Below, in pieces: positions 50,975-62,989 of a DNA stretch of 64,000 bases (its first letter is position 1; every line of letters begins with the position of its first letter). The position numbers and the translations under genes were made by a program. The notes beneath the pieces were generated by a model. That model searched no databases, was not told the origin of the DNA, and worked only from the letters and a program-made list of their open reading frames with translations. Location: positions 112,964,001 through 113,028,000 of the forward strand of contig OX597816.1 of the NCBI GenBank assembly GCA_951406725.2, in the 5' to 3' direction. This DNA is from Octopus vulgaris. Lineage: Eukaryota.

Positions 50975-52480
50975 GGGTTCTTCCAGAAAATATGTCATGA
51001 TCAAAATTCAATCTCAACATCAACATTAAATTTATCATCAGCCTCATTTTCATTAGCTTCTGTCTCAATTACATTATTGTGTTTCAGTTTTATCATCATC
51101 AACTTCAATTTCATCATTGTTAACTTAAGTGTCGTCACTGTAAGATGTAGCCGTTTTTTGTTTTGTTTTTTATCTAATGAGCAGACACTGACATTAGTAA
51201 TTACTTGTCACAAAATTGTGAAAGAATGTTAATATTAAAATGCTTTTGTTAAGATTACAATTTTTATATAATAATGATTGTTGCACCATATGTTACCATA
51301 AATACACATACATTTACCTTAGATGTAAAACTACATACCATACTATATCCATGTATAACATGACAAAGACAAATAGCATTTAACCTTTTTATTTATTGTT
51401 TCCATTTTTAAAATTCTTTTGACATATTCTTAAAATTTCTAGCACAATCATCTTTGGTAATCAGAACCAACTCAGTATCATCAATATATTTAACTCAACA
51501 ATATTCTTTAATTCACAATTCCTTAGGTAATTCTTTCATTTACTAAGCATATTTTCAATGGAGGTGAACTGGATTGTTTATGGACGTAAGAATCATACTT
51601 TAGAGTATTTTAAAGTAATTAACTTGAAGACATCTCTGTTTTTATGAAAAAGGACGTTGTCCAAAATCAATGTACACTTCTAGCATTTTTCATTGATCCT
51701 ATTAAGAAATATCAATAAAATCATAAAAGTTAAAGTAGTTGAAGGCATCACTTCTCTGTTTATTGTATATTTCCCCATTTTTGTTCACTATATATTTTGG
51801 AAATGCACTCAGAAGATTGTCCAGTTTTTGCTCTATCATATTTAGATCTTGTGCAAATGTTAAACCTGGCTTCATCGTTAAGAAAAAAAACTTTCCTCTC
51901 AGATTTCCTATCAAAAGAACTTGAAATTCTATGGCATAACTTATTCTCTGCACCACACATTATCAACAATTACTTTTGACAACTTCACATTAAATTGCTC
52001 AAAATCTGTTGGACAACATTTTAAAATATATATGGAATTTTTCGTTGACTGAGATTTATAGAAAATTTTTAAATTCTTCCAAAATTTTATAGTGTTTCAA
52101 AAAAAACCCTCCTTAATTCTTTTGTTTGAAACAACCTTTCTGTTTGTATATTTGAATAGTAGTTTCAAAACTTGTCGGAGGATCTAGTACAGAGCTAATT
52201 TCAGTTGCAGTACAACCTTTGTCGTAATTAGACCCAATTATTCTTCTAAATTCATTTGAAATTCTATTCCTCTGGTTGACCATGATGGGGGATGAACAAT
52301 ACCACTAATAAACATTAAATTTAAGTTGATATAAATGAAATTAGAGTTAATGGTGAAATCAGAGTTGATGATAACTAAATTGAGATAGATGACAACATAA
52401 TTAAGACTGAAGATAACAGAATTGAGGCTAATGATGACGAATTTGAGGTTGGCAGTGATGAATTTTAGTGGGAAACCCAA
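50975..52480 (-). mobile_element. Putative full extent of the Gambol-like element, bounded by degenerate long inverted repeats
   Basis: ~51000-51130 aligns to the reverse complement of ~52320-52470 (agcctca.tt..tta.cttc.gtct.aatta; atcatcaact...atttca.catt). Confidence 0.55.
51385..52283 (-). pseudogene. IS630-like (Gambol-type) DD34E transposase fossil
   Basis: ATG at 52283: MVNQRNRISNEFRRIIGSNYDKGCTATEISSVL (HTH-like); FFLNDEARFNICTRSKY (D1); LILDNVLFHK (D2)...FLRP*TIQFTSIENMLSK*K (E), with 34 codons between D2 and E. Confidence 0.8.
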
Positions 52481-53310
52481 TGAGTTACAGAAACTAAAGA
52501 GAAATTCCCAGGTCTTACATTTCCATCTGAATTCTATAATGATTATAACATTTCATATTGATGGTTACATGATTAACTGAGACCTTATACATTATTACAT
52601 CTAATATAAATTTGTCTGATTATAAGACATGATATGATAGTAACCCAGTGAATTAATTTTTATATCCGTTTGTCATCGCTTATAAACCCTCTGAATAATA
52701 TCTGTTATAATTATCTTTAGGAGTGTCTGGAAAAATTATGAATATATTACAATAAGTTGTTTGAATATTATTATAGAGATAATTGAATTTTCATGCATAT
52801 AATAATTTACAAGATCTTATGTTAGTCATTATTATCAGGACGATAAAATTCATTGCTACTGGTATTACATTACAATGAATGGCTCAATAACCAAAATAGA
52901 ATATCACAAATTTAAAGTGATACTTAATGTTTGAAAAGTTTCATCTTTTAGTAAGTAAACAAAATCCAAAAAGAGAGTATTTTTAGAAATTTTGAAAATG
53001 TTTACTACCATTAACTAACAAGTATGATTCTAATCATTCATACATAGAACCACATATTCTTTTGCTAACATTATATTAAGCTTTTTGATATACTTCATAT
53101 AATAAGTAATTCAGAGTAACTGCTTTTTAATTAATTTTGCTTGTTACAAGCAAAATGAAGGATCAGAGCCCATAACCTTTGTAAGTCCCTAAATGTAAGT
53201 GAGACTGATGCATTAAAAATTTCTATATGAACTGAGATATATTTTCACCAAATATTCAAAGCTTTATATCTTCTTGTATGAAGAAAAGAAATATTCCCAA
53301 ACCATATATC

Positions 53311-53528
53311 CTTTTCTACTCTAGGTACAAGGCCCGAAATTTTGGGGGAGTAGGTCAGTCAATTAGATCGACCCCAGTATGCAACTGGTACTTAATCTAT
53401 TGACTCCGAAAGATGAAAGACAAAGTTGACCTCAGCAGAATTTGAACTCAGAACATAAAGACAGACAATATACTGCTAAATATTTCGCCCAGTGTGCTAA
53501 CATTTCTGCTAGCTCACCTTCTTAGTTT
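53311..53528 (-). mobile_element. SINE family C, full length with 14-bp TSD
   Basis: TSD ccaaaccatatatc at 53297-53310 and 53529-53542. Body is the reverse complement of 31024-31238. Confidence 0.9.
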
Positions 53529-54150
53529 CCAAACCATATATCGAAATATTAAAATACACCTCATATTTCAATTCATGTAATAGACGAGAGCAGACAGCAT
53601 TGAGAAATTATGCTACTACAAGACATTAGTTCCATAAGTATCATATACTTATAGAAAATAGAATGAAACAAGTCTAAGTTGAGGATTAACTCTGCTTCTG
53701 CACTGTTCTCTATTTGTTGTGTCTGGTTCAAGGTGATTCAGCCAAGAAATTTTGTATAGCAGTGAAGCTTCAAATGTATGAACAAATCTATTATATATGA
53801 ATTGAAATTTTTTTTTGTTTATCTATTTGTACATCCAAAAGCATATATTGAAATTCATCAATATATACGTTCATTTACTTTGAGCTTGCTAAAATGCATA
53901 CATGTTTACAAACTGTAAGCATTTACTTTAAATCTAAAATAAAGAAAAGAATTGCTTTCTTGGAGTTAAAACAATTTTCAATGCAATCCTTAGATCAAAG
54001 CCTTTTAGCTTAACATATTGTGAAAAAAATTAGGATCCTGAAGTTTTATTTAGAAGGAAAATATTATTCCTAAAGCTTTTTTTTTTCCTCCCCCATACAT
54101 ATTATCTACATTTACTGAAATATGTTTCGTATTTGACCTAAAATTGTCAT

Positions 54151-54183
<33 letters not shown>

Positions 54184-54185
<2 letters not shown>

Positions 54186-54829
54186 GATGAGGTGGTGAAG
54201 CATGACCTTTGAACATTGGGCCTCACAGAGGCAATGACAGGAGACCGAGGCCTTTGGAGATATGCTGTGATTGAGAAGACCCAGAAACTAAAGTAAGATC
54301 ACAACCATGACCGATGCTAATGTTGCATGTCCAGCCATTTAAAAGTATCCTTGATGCATTGGGTGATATGATATACTTGAGAAGACCTGTTGAGTCAAGT
54401 AAAACCAAAATCGTAGCTGTGGCCAGTGCCCCCTGACTACCTCCTATGCCAGTGGCAGGTAAAATGCACCATCCAAACATGGTCGATGCCAGGTCCGCCC
54501 GACTGGCTCCTGTGTCAGTGGCACGTAAAAAGCACCATCTAAACATGGCTGATGCCAGTACCCACTGACTGGCTCCTGTGCTAGTGGCACATGAAAAGCA
54601 CTATCCGAATGTGACGACGCCAGGTCCACCTGACTGGCTCCTATGCTGGTGGCATGTAAAAAACACCCACTATACTCTGAGTGGTTGGTGTTAGGAAGGG
54701 CATCCAGCTGTAGAAACATTGCCAGATCAGATTGGAGCCTGGTGCAGCCACTGGCTTTCCAGACTTCAGTCAAACCGTCCAATCCATGCCAGCATGGAAA
54801 ATGGATGTTAAATGATGATGATGATGAGG

Positions 54830-54830
<1 letters not shown>
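54184..54830 (+). mobile_element. RTE LINE 3' end with ~65-bp tandem repeats in the UTR, flanked by (TA)n on both sides
   Basis: WDEVVKHDL*TLGLTEAMTGDRGLWRYAVIEKT is an RTE ORF2 C-terminus. UTR has four ctggctcctgtg..agtggcac.taaaaagcacc units; ends (GAT)n. Confidence 0.9.
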
Positions 54831-54860
<30 letters not shown>

Positions 54861-55265
54861 TATTCTCACTGCATCACATTTCTCCCAGACATTGATTTAG
54901 CTTTTCTTATTGATTCATAAAATTGTATGACAGAAAAGAACAATGTATATTACCTTGTCTTCCTTTTATATGCCTCTTTTCTCTTTATGCACATTTTTAA
55001 ATAATGAATTTCAGCTTCACTTCTACAAAGTCTATTTGCAGATTAATGAATCTCGCATACTAATCATCAGATATGGTATATCAAAAATTTTAGCAATGTT
55101 CTTTTTCTTTGTTACACAATTTGGGTAGCTAAAATCAACAAGGAATTCTCTATACAACCATTCGGTCTTCTAGAAATAGCAACCAAATAAGATTGTTTGA
55201 AAACACTTGCCCAAAGTATCCACAAGGTAGGATTAAACCTGGAACATTGTGACTCTGAAGCAGAA

Positions 55266-56021
55266 ATGCATATGTGAGTGTGTGTGTGTAAATAGACAGA
55301 TTGACAAACAGATAGATATGGCTGTGAAGATGCAGGTATGGCTGTATGGTTAAGAAGTTCACTTCCCAACCAAGTGGTTTCAGGTTCAATCCCACCCTGC
55401 TGCACTCTGGGAGAGTGTCCTCTACTTTAGCCTCAAGCTAACCAACACCTTGTGAATAGTAGGTGGAAACTTCTGAAGGCCTTATATGCGTGTGTGTGTG
55501 AGAGAAGGGGGAGGGAGGAATAGAAAAAGCATGTTTGTTACACAGTTCAGCATGTGAAGATTGGTGGAATATTGTACTCTTTCCCCCACCTCTCTCTTAC
55601 TTCTTTTTGTCTAGAAAAAATTATGGTAGCACCTGGAAAAGAATAGGTTCCACCAGGTTTCAAATGTCCTGGACAGGCAACATGTCATGGGCATGCTTCT
55701 ACAACTCCATTAGTTATTTAGGGATCAAGGTAGTAAGATTACACATATGCATATGTGAGTGTGTGTGTGAATAGACAGATTGACAGACAGATAGATATGG
55801 CTGTGAAGATGCAGGTATGGCTGTATGGTTAAGAAGTTCACTTCCCAACCAAGTGGTTTCAGGTTCAATCCCACCCTGCTGCACTCTGGGAGAGTGTCCT
55901 CTACTTTAGCCTCAAGTTAACCAACACCTTGTGAGTGGTAGGTGGAAACTTCTGTAGGCCTTGTGTGTGTGTGTGTCTGTTAGAGAGAGAGAGATGGGAG
56001 AAAGAGAAAAAGCATGTTTGT
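55266..56021 (+). repeat. Local direct duplication (~275 bp, offset 481) of a family-A SINE head plus flanks
   Basis: 55266-55538 and 55747-56021 are near-identical, including the non-SINE flank and private SINE mutations. Confidence 0.9.
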
Positions 56022-56706
56022 ACATTTGTGCAAAGATGAGTGTATATCAGTGTTTTTATATTCCACCCTTGTCACCACTAGAGTGAAACAAGGCTTTTGG
56101 CATTCCTTGTTAGCATTATAACTGTCTAATAAAGATAACTCTTACTTGAAAAACAGGTAAAGGTTCAGAACTGGAAGAGCATCCAGTTGTAAAATCCTAA
56201 ACCTATGTTAGCATGCAAAAACAGATATTCAATGTAGAAATTGAATGAACTTACACACGCACACACACACACACACACACATAAACATACACATACACAC
56301 ACATGCAATGGTAGTTTTCCTCTTCCAAATTTTGCTCACATGGCACTCTTGCCCACCTTCAAACCTGAAATAATGTACAAAGCAAACTTTTCAACCACAT
56401 TGTTGAGTGTTATAGCATATTTAAGGACACTTTCATTGGTTTAACACATTTACAAGTGCTTTTCCTTAATTCTATATGCTTTAATGCTTTCCTGGTTACA
56501 GAAAGTTATCAACAAATATTCTCTGAAGCATCCTAAATTCTTTCAAAGAAGCCATCAATATTTTCTTACAAAAAATGGTTAAAAGACTTCTCCATTGCAT
56601 TAGTTTTGGGTTGTATGTTTGCTTAATCACAGCTACATTAAATTATCCAGTGTGTGTTCCATCATTCTGATAGATTCCTTACAAAATTCTCTCTTGTACT
56701 CCTTAA

Positions 56707-56933
56707 GGCAGTGAGCTGGCAGAATCATTAGCATGTCAGATAAAAATGCTTAGCAGCTTTTCTTCCAGCTTTTCATTCTGATTCCATATCCAGCTGAGGT
56801 TGATATTTGCCTTTCATCCTTTCGAAGTTGATGAAATAAGCACCAGTTGAGCAATGGAGTTCAATGTAATCGACTAGTTCTCCCCCCCCCCCCGCCCCAA
56901 ATTCCATGCCTGTTCCTACAGTAGAAAGGATTA
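56707..56933 (+). mobile_element. SINE family C with imperfect TSD
   Basis: ggcagtgagctggcagaatcattagc...tttgcctttcatcctttcg; tctcttgta(c)tcctta on both sides. Confidence 0.85.
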
Positions 56934-58601
56934 TCTCTTGTATCCTTATTTCATTTGTAATTAATTCTTTAAGGTTATAACTTCGTGCTCTTTACTTCAA
57001 CAAGCTCACACTCTATCTATAAGAAATGAATATCTCCCTCTCAGCCCCTGCTTCCATCATTAAATATATTCTTTTTATGTCTTCGATTTGAAAGCTAACA
57101 ATGTAATAGATACATGAACACGTTGTTATTTATCTCCTTTGAGTCATCTATATCTAAATTATCTCACTTCACCTGCCTCTTGTTTTTTTTTTATATTGCT
57201 TTCCCTCCTGAGTTCCAATTCTATGTCCCTTACACATATTTCTTCCTATCTAAAAAGGAGTCTCTTTAATTTCTTTCCTTTTCATGTTATCCAGCTAGTT
57301 AATAATCTCCAGTAATATGGGAAAAACTAGAATTGAGAGTCTCATAGACAAAGCTACTATGATGAATGCATTAGGGCGTACTGTTTTGGTGCATTATGAT
57401 CTATAAATTATAAAATGCTATTCAACTGTTGTAAAGTTTTGTTCTGGTATGTCACCCACCCTATTGCTTCTAGCTTTACATTGACAGCTTTGCATATTTT
57501 TTTTTTTTCCACTACAAACACATTCCTTGAACTATTTCCACCCTGCTGTATATACCATTTAATCAGGGAGGGCGTTAAGTATGTCTAGTCTCAGTCGAAG
57601 AATAAATACAAAGCAGTAAAGTTGCTTTAATATTTATCATTGCTTCTGATGTAATTGTTTCGGTACACCAGAAATAATTTTTTTATGTTTTTGCTCCTTA
57701 AAATCAGTTATATTTTTATATGCTTCACTCTTACATCAAAGAAATTATCTTCTATTGAGTGGTATTTAGTTACATCCCCTTAGGTCCTAGGTCCAAATCC
57801 TGTTATGGTTGACTTCATTTTCATCCTTCAATCAGGTAAATACTGGGGTCTATACAATCAACTGTTCCCCACAAAATTGTTATTTGTACATAATTTAGAA
57901 ATTATATTTCATCTAATTAATTTGTATGTATAAAGATGAAAAACATAATTTTATATCTGTTGAGGAAATTACATTGTTTATAATCAAATTCACTTTATTC
58001 AAACAGCATCATGAACACGATGACCTGTATACATGCAACAAGCTTGATCAAAGAGATTTTTCCTTACAAAATATTCACTTTACATAAATAATAAAAACTG
58101 CTGCTTTCCCAGATGAAAATAATATGACTGCAGCAGCATGTCCTTTCTGCCATACAAGGTTAATGGAACAAACTATTATTCAGCTTTAGTAACTGAGACT
58201 CTCATAGGGAAAAGAAAAGTCAATCTAATTAATGTTGGAATCTAATTGCGTGATAGAAAATAACTTTAATTTAAGTATTCAAAAGTTTAGTGTGATGGTT
58301 AAGTTAAATGCAACATTTCTCATATTTATACACATACGTTTTTTTTAACACTTAAACTAACACTGGAAAATATATTTGTTAATATTTCTCAATAACAATG
58401 CATGTAATTTGTTTACTAAATGTATTTGTATATTCAAATGCATGAAATGATTTTAGTAATTATTAACTTTTCAGTATTGTGCTATTGAAAACTGAGTTTC
58501 ACAATCACTTGGGCTGTAGTTCTGGCATTAATGTTTGTAAGTTACCATCAGTTCGTTAAAATCAGTTTGGCACAAACCAAGTTAAAAACTATTCCCCTTC
58601 C

Positions 58602-58821
58602 CCCTTTCATTACCAACCCGGCTGAAACTGGCTCTGGCTCTGAGTACAAATGTCTTGTTTTCAAAAGTTTTGAATTAATATCTTCCACCAAACCTTAGTC
58701 ACAATTCATGTTCCTAACACTAGCCGAATGATAACCAAGTTATTTTACTAAATTCTTTGTTATATTTAAAGTAATTGAAAGAAACACAGAGCATCTCAAA
58801 ATAAATACGGTAACGAAAGGG
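58602..58821. mobile_element. piggyBac-type MITE, 220 bp (second family)
   Basis: Termini ccctttcattacc ... ggtaacgaaaggg followed by TTAA. The left TTAA is missing. Confidence 0.75.
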
Positions 58822-59349
58822 TTAAAATATGTTAAAGGCACTTTTCGTCTCTCCAGAGTTAATAAAATTAAGACTGGTTATATAAGGGAGTCAATTCAAT
58901 CAATTACACTTTTCATCTATAAACATTTGTTGCCCATTTAGTGCAGCAGATAAACTACCTTGCAGTGGTAAATTACATTTATTTAAATTCTGAGTTTAGA
59001 TCCTGTTAAAGTCAGCTTTACCATTCACCTTTTCAGGCTTCAGTGCAAGTATTGATTTGATTGACTGTAATCTTCCTATAAAATTTGTGGCTTTAGTAAT
59101 TGAAAATTTTTATAACTGCTAACGCTTTTGAAACAAAACGCTTTTGAGAGTGAGCTCAATCATAAATAAATAACCTAATTGAAATTTCATAAATTCCTTA
59201 ATTTAAATTTATTATTATCTAGTTCTATAACTAATTTTGTTGCATAATACACACATTTATATAGATATATTTATATATACATGTTTATATATACACACAC
59301 ACCTATCCATTTATACATATATATATATACATAGTGCATACATATATAC

Positions 59350-59352
<3 letters not shown>

Positions 59353-59443
<91 letters not shown>
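59353..59443. repeat. Long (TA)n microsatellite
   Basis: About 90 bp of uninterrupted TA. Confidence 0.97.
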
Positions 59444-59446
<3 letters not shown>

Positions 59447-59463
59447 AAAACATATACATTTAT

Positions 59464-59650
59464 TGGCTCCTGTGCTGGTGGCACATAAAAAGCACCCACT
59501 ACAATCTCTTGAGTGGTTGGTGTTAGGAAGGACATCCAACTGTAAAAACCCTGCCAGACCAAATTGGAACTTGGTGCAGCCGCTGGCTCTCCAGAGTCAA
59601 ACCATCCAACCCATGCCAGCATGGAAAACAGACGCTAATTGATGATGATG
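59464..59650 (+). mobile_element. RTE 3'UTR/tail
   Basis: tggctcctgtgctggtggcacataaaaagcaccc...ccaacccatgccagcatggaaa...gatgatgatg. Confidence 0.85.
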
Positions 59651-59654
59651 TACT

Positions 59655-59875
59655 GGTGAATGGGCAGAATCACTGGAGTAGCAGAACACAATTGTTCAAT
59701 TGTATTTGTTCCAGCACTTTACATTCTAATTTCAAATCCCAACAGGGTCCACTTTACCTTTCATTTTTCTGGGTCTGGTAAAATGTTACCATTGAAATTC
59801 TGGAGCCAATGGTATTGACTAACTCCTCCCACCAAAATTGCTGACCTTTTTCCTAAATCAGAAACCATTATTATT
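59655..59875 (+). mobile_element. SINE family C, degenerate
   Basis: ggcagaatcact...ttacattct...actttacctttcat...ccaaaattgctgacc...tcagaaaccattattatt. Confidence 0.65.
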
Positions 59876-60269
59876 AAGTTGGTATAGTGTAGATAGTTAA
59901 CAGCTACAGCAGAGAATTTAACATTTAATTAAGTAAAATAGAATTTTTAAGTTCTCAGCCTTCTAGGACATTCTTATGCTTTTATCTCTCTAGACCAAAT
60001 AAAGATTAGTAGCAGTAAGAAACTGAAAATGATATTGATTCAATTCACTATATTCCATTTTCTTACAAAATTGATCTGTACCTAATGAAAAAATAATTCT
60101 TACGGTTAAGGAATATTTATATTAAAAGCATTAACTTCAATTCTGGCAGAAATCATATTTACATAATCTCTCTCTACTTGGAACCATTCATTTGACTGTT
60201 TTCATTAGGGGATCACTTGCTACTCTTAAATTATATAACTGACACAAGTGTCATTTTTATGCAATGTAG

Positions 60270-60760
60270 AGACCTCATGCTGGACATGAACGGAGACCTT
60301 AAATAAACTCTCCAGTTAAAGCATAACAAACTAGTTTCATCCAACATCACTAGAAGAAAAAATCATGAAAACTTGTGGAGAAATACACCTTCAACCCTAC
60401 ACTTTACTCACTAGCAACCTTCAGAAACTTAGTAAATATTAGTCTTGACAGTCTCTGATGACCTTTCATGGTTAACATGCATCTTTAGCATTGACAGAAT
60501 AACTGCATCTCAAAGGCTAGAATTTCCTGAGAGATGCATAAGTTACATCATTTCCAAATACTGGTCCTTAATAAGTATGACTCAGATCAGGATACTACTC
60601 AGATGCCTGTAATGAATCAGAAACTACTTACACAGACAGTTTTGATCCTAACTAAAAGTTTTAAAAAATCTGATTGGCAGGCCTTCACACATTACTACCT
60701 ACATCCACTACATCACAAACATGTAATTCTCTTATTACACTTATGTTTGTTTCCCTGACT
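60270..60760 (+). mobile_element. CR1-group LINE RT C-terminal relic
   Basis: NGDLK..., VSDDLSWLTCIFSIDRITASQRLEF match CR1/L2 LN.DL and DLSW..HI..I...ASQRLG. Confidence 0.6.
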
Positions 60761-61070
60761 TATACTTTTATTAGAGTTTTCTGTCAAGATGCATCTCTCT
60801 CTCACATACATACACATTACTAAAAAATAATTAATAGCAGCACTTGTGCCTGAATAGACAACAAGATTCTATATATCACTGACAGGGGAATTTGACTGCT
60901 GTGTCTAGCTCTGAATGTCTGTCATTGAGAAGCCCAAGGAAGGGCAAAATTATGTGATCTGGCAGTTCTAGTGGTGACAGTGAATGATTATCACCTATCA
61001 GCAATATAAACACACGTGCTTATATGCACCACATGTCCATACAAGAGATTCTCTCATGATAAATAACATA

Positions 61071-61313
61071 GTATTCTATGTTCTAACACAACATCCACTT
61101 TTAGTGAGAAGTAGATGTAACTTTTTGGTATTAATAGTGCTTCTGTCAGTATTACATATTTTTTAATAAGCCCACTGGATATTTGCTACACCAGTCCATA
61201 TGAGAGGTTCTGTTGTGGTAAATAAAACAGCATTCTGTGTTCTAGCACAACATCCAATTTTAGTGGGAGGTAAATATTACCTTTAGGTATTAATTGTGCT
61301 TCTGTCGCTATTA
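61071..61313. repeat. Diverged ~85-bp direct repeat, period ~159
   Basis: ttct.tgttcta.cacaacatcca.ttttagtg...ggtattaat.gtgcttctgtc at ~61074 and ~61233. Confidence 0.85.
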
Positions 61314-61321
61314 ATTATATA

Positions 61322-61762
61322 TCATCAGCGGCAGCGACAACATCATCATCATTTAACATCTGTTTTCCATACTGGCATGGGCTGCACGGCTTGACAGGAG
61401 CTGGCTAGCTGTGGAGCTGTCCAGACTCCAATTGTTGTGGCATGGTTTCTATGGCTGGATGCCCTTCCTATTGCCAACCATTTTACAGAATGTGCTGGAT
61501 GCTTTTTTACATGCCACTGGCATGGGTGCATTTACACAGCACCAGCACAAGTGCATTCTAAGTGATACTGGCACTTGTAAAGGTCAAGCCTGTATGTAGG
61601 GATAATGCAAATTGCCACAACTCCTGGTCCCTTGTCTTTTCTTCAGTGAGGCCCAGCATCTGAATATCCTTTCTCAACACTTCGTCTCATGTCTTCCTGA
61701 GTCTTCCCCTTCCACAATTAGAGGTTCCCTCCACAATTAGGGCTTGGCATTTATTTATGCAT
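61322..61762 (-). mobile_element. RTE LINE 3' end interrupted by a SINE
   Basis: catcatcatcatttaacatctgttttccatactggcatgg...; minus strand encodes GRGRLRKT*DEVLRKDIQMLGLTE. Confidence 0.8.
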
Positions 61763-62017
61763 GGAGACACATGGCTTAGTGGATAGAGTGGTGAACATAA
61801 GATTGTGGTTTCAATTCCCAGACTAGGTGATGCATTGTGTTCTTGAGCAAAACACATCATTTCACATTGCTCCAGTTCACTCAGTTGGCAAAAATGAATA
61901 ATCCTGCAATGGACTGGTGTCCCATCCAGGTGGCGAATTTATATGTCATAGAAACTGGGACACCAGCCCTTATGAGTCGACATAATTCAAGAAGGTAACT
62001 TTACTTTTTTTTTTTAC
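61763..62017 (+). mobile_element. SINE family D nested in RTE
   Basis: ggagacacatggcttagtggatagag...ggtttcaattccc...tgtgttcttgagcaaaacac; tttatgca on both sides. Confidence 0.85.
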
Positions 62018-62029
62018 TTCTTTATGCAG

Positions 62030-62030
<1 letters not shown>

Positions 62031-62080
<50 letters not shown>
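62031..62080. repeat. (TA)n microsatellite
   Basis: Read directly. Confidence 0.95.
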
Positions 62081-62084
<4 letters not shown>

Positions 62085-62933
62085 CACACGTGTCTTTGGC
62101 TGTGCTTAGGTTTACTGGGGTACACATGAATGCATCCCTTTATGTGACAGTGTAAATAATCAGTTTGATAGAGAGAATATTAATAAAGTAAGTACCAGAC
62201 AAAAATATATACTGCAGTCAATCATATTGACACAAACCCTTGGAGACAATATCCTTATATGGTTGCAGTGCAATGAGAGAAACCTGCAAATGAATAAAAG
62301 AAAATATCATGTCATTATTATTCTTGAGTTGATCTCTTCTTCGAATAGTAATAAGTTCATTTCTATATTATTAGCATAAGTACAGTCCTCAACAATATGT
62401 CTCTTTAGGTATTCTTTAAAGGAATTATCCATTGAAATGTTTGTAATAAGCAGAAAGTCTAAATTTAGCTCAATAGAATTAGTTGTTTGTATTGCCTGAT
62501 ATATTCAGTACTTGTGTAATCTTCTGGGTCATGTATATGTTTAAGGATGAGTTAGGTCATTGTTTAGAATGAATGCTGCTTTATTCACTAGCTTCTTCTT
62601 AATCATGTGTGCATGTGTGTGTGTGTGTGTAGGTAGGTAGGTATATGCACCATCATTATCATCATCTTAATACCCACTATTCCATGGTTACATAGGTTGG
62701 ATGGAGTTTTTTTTAGGCAAATTTTCTATAAGCAATTATTTTTCTTGTTACTAAATCTCACCTATTTCCAATCAAGGCAATATGCCACCAACAACAGGTA
62801 TGTTTTTACAGAATACAGATAATGAATGGCATTGCTTGTATGACAGTGATTCTCATTTAGAAGTATCAGATAATGTCAAGACAAAGAGTTACTAACATAT
62901 AATTGCTCACACTCACATATATATGTGTGTGTG

Positions 62934-62974
<41 letters not shown>

Positions 62975-62989
62975 TAGATAGATTGATAT

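Noticed and set aside
59237-59642. Five overlapping ORFs
   Set aside because: All derive from the long (TA)n run and the RTE tail.
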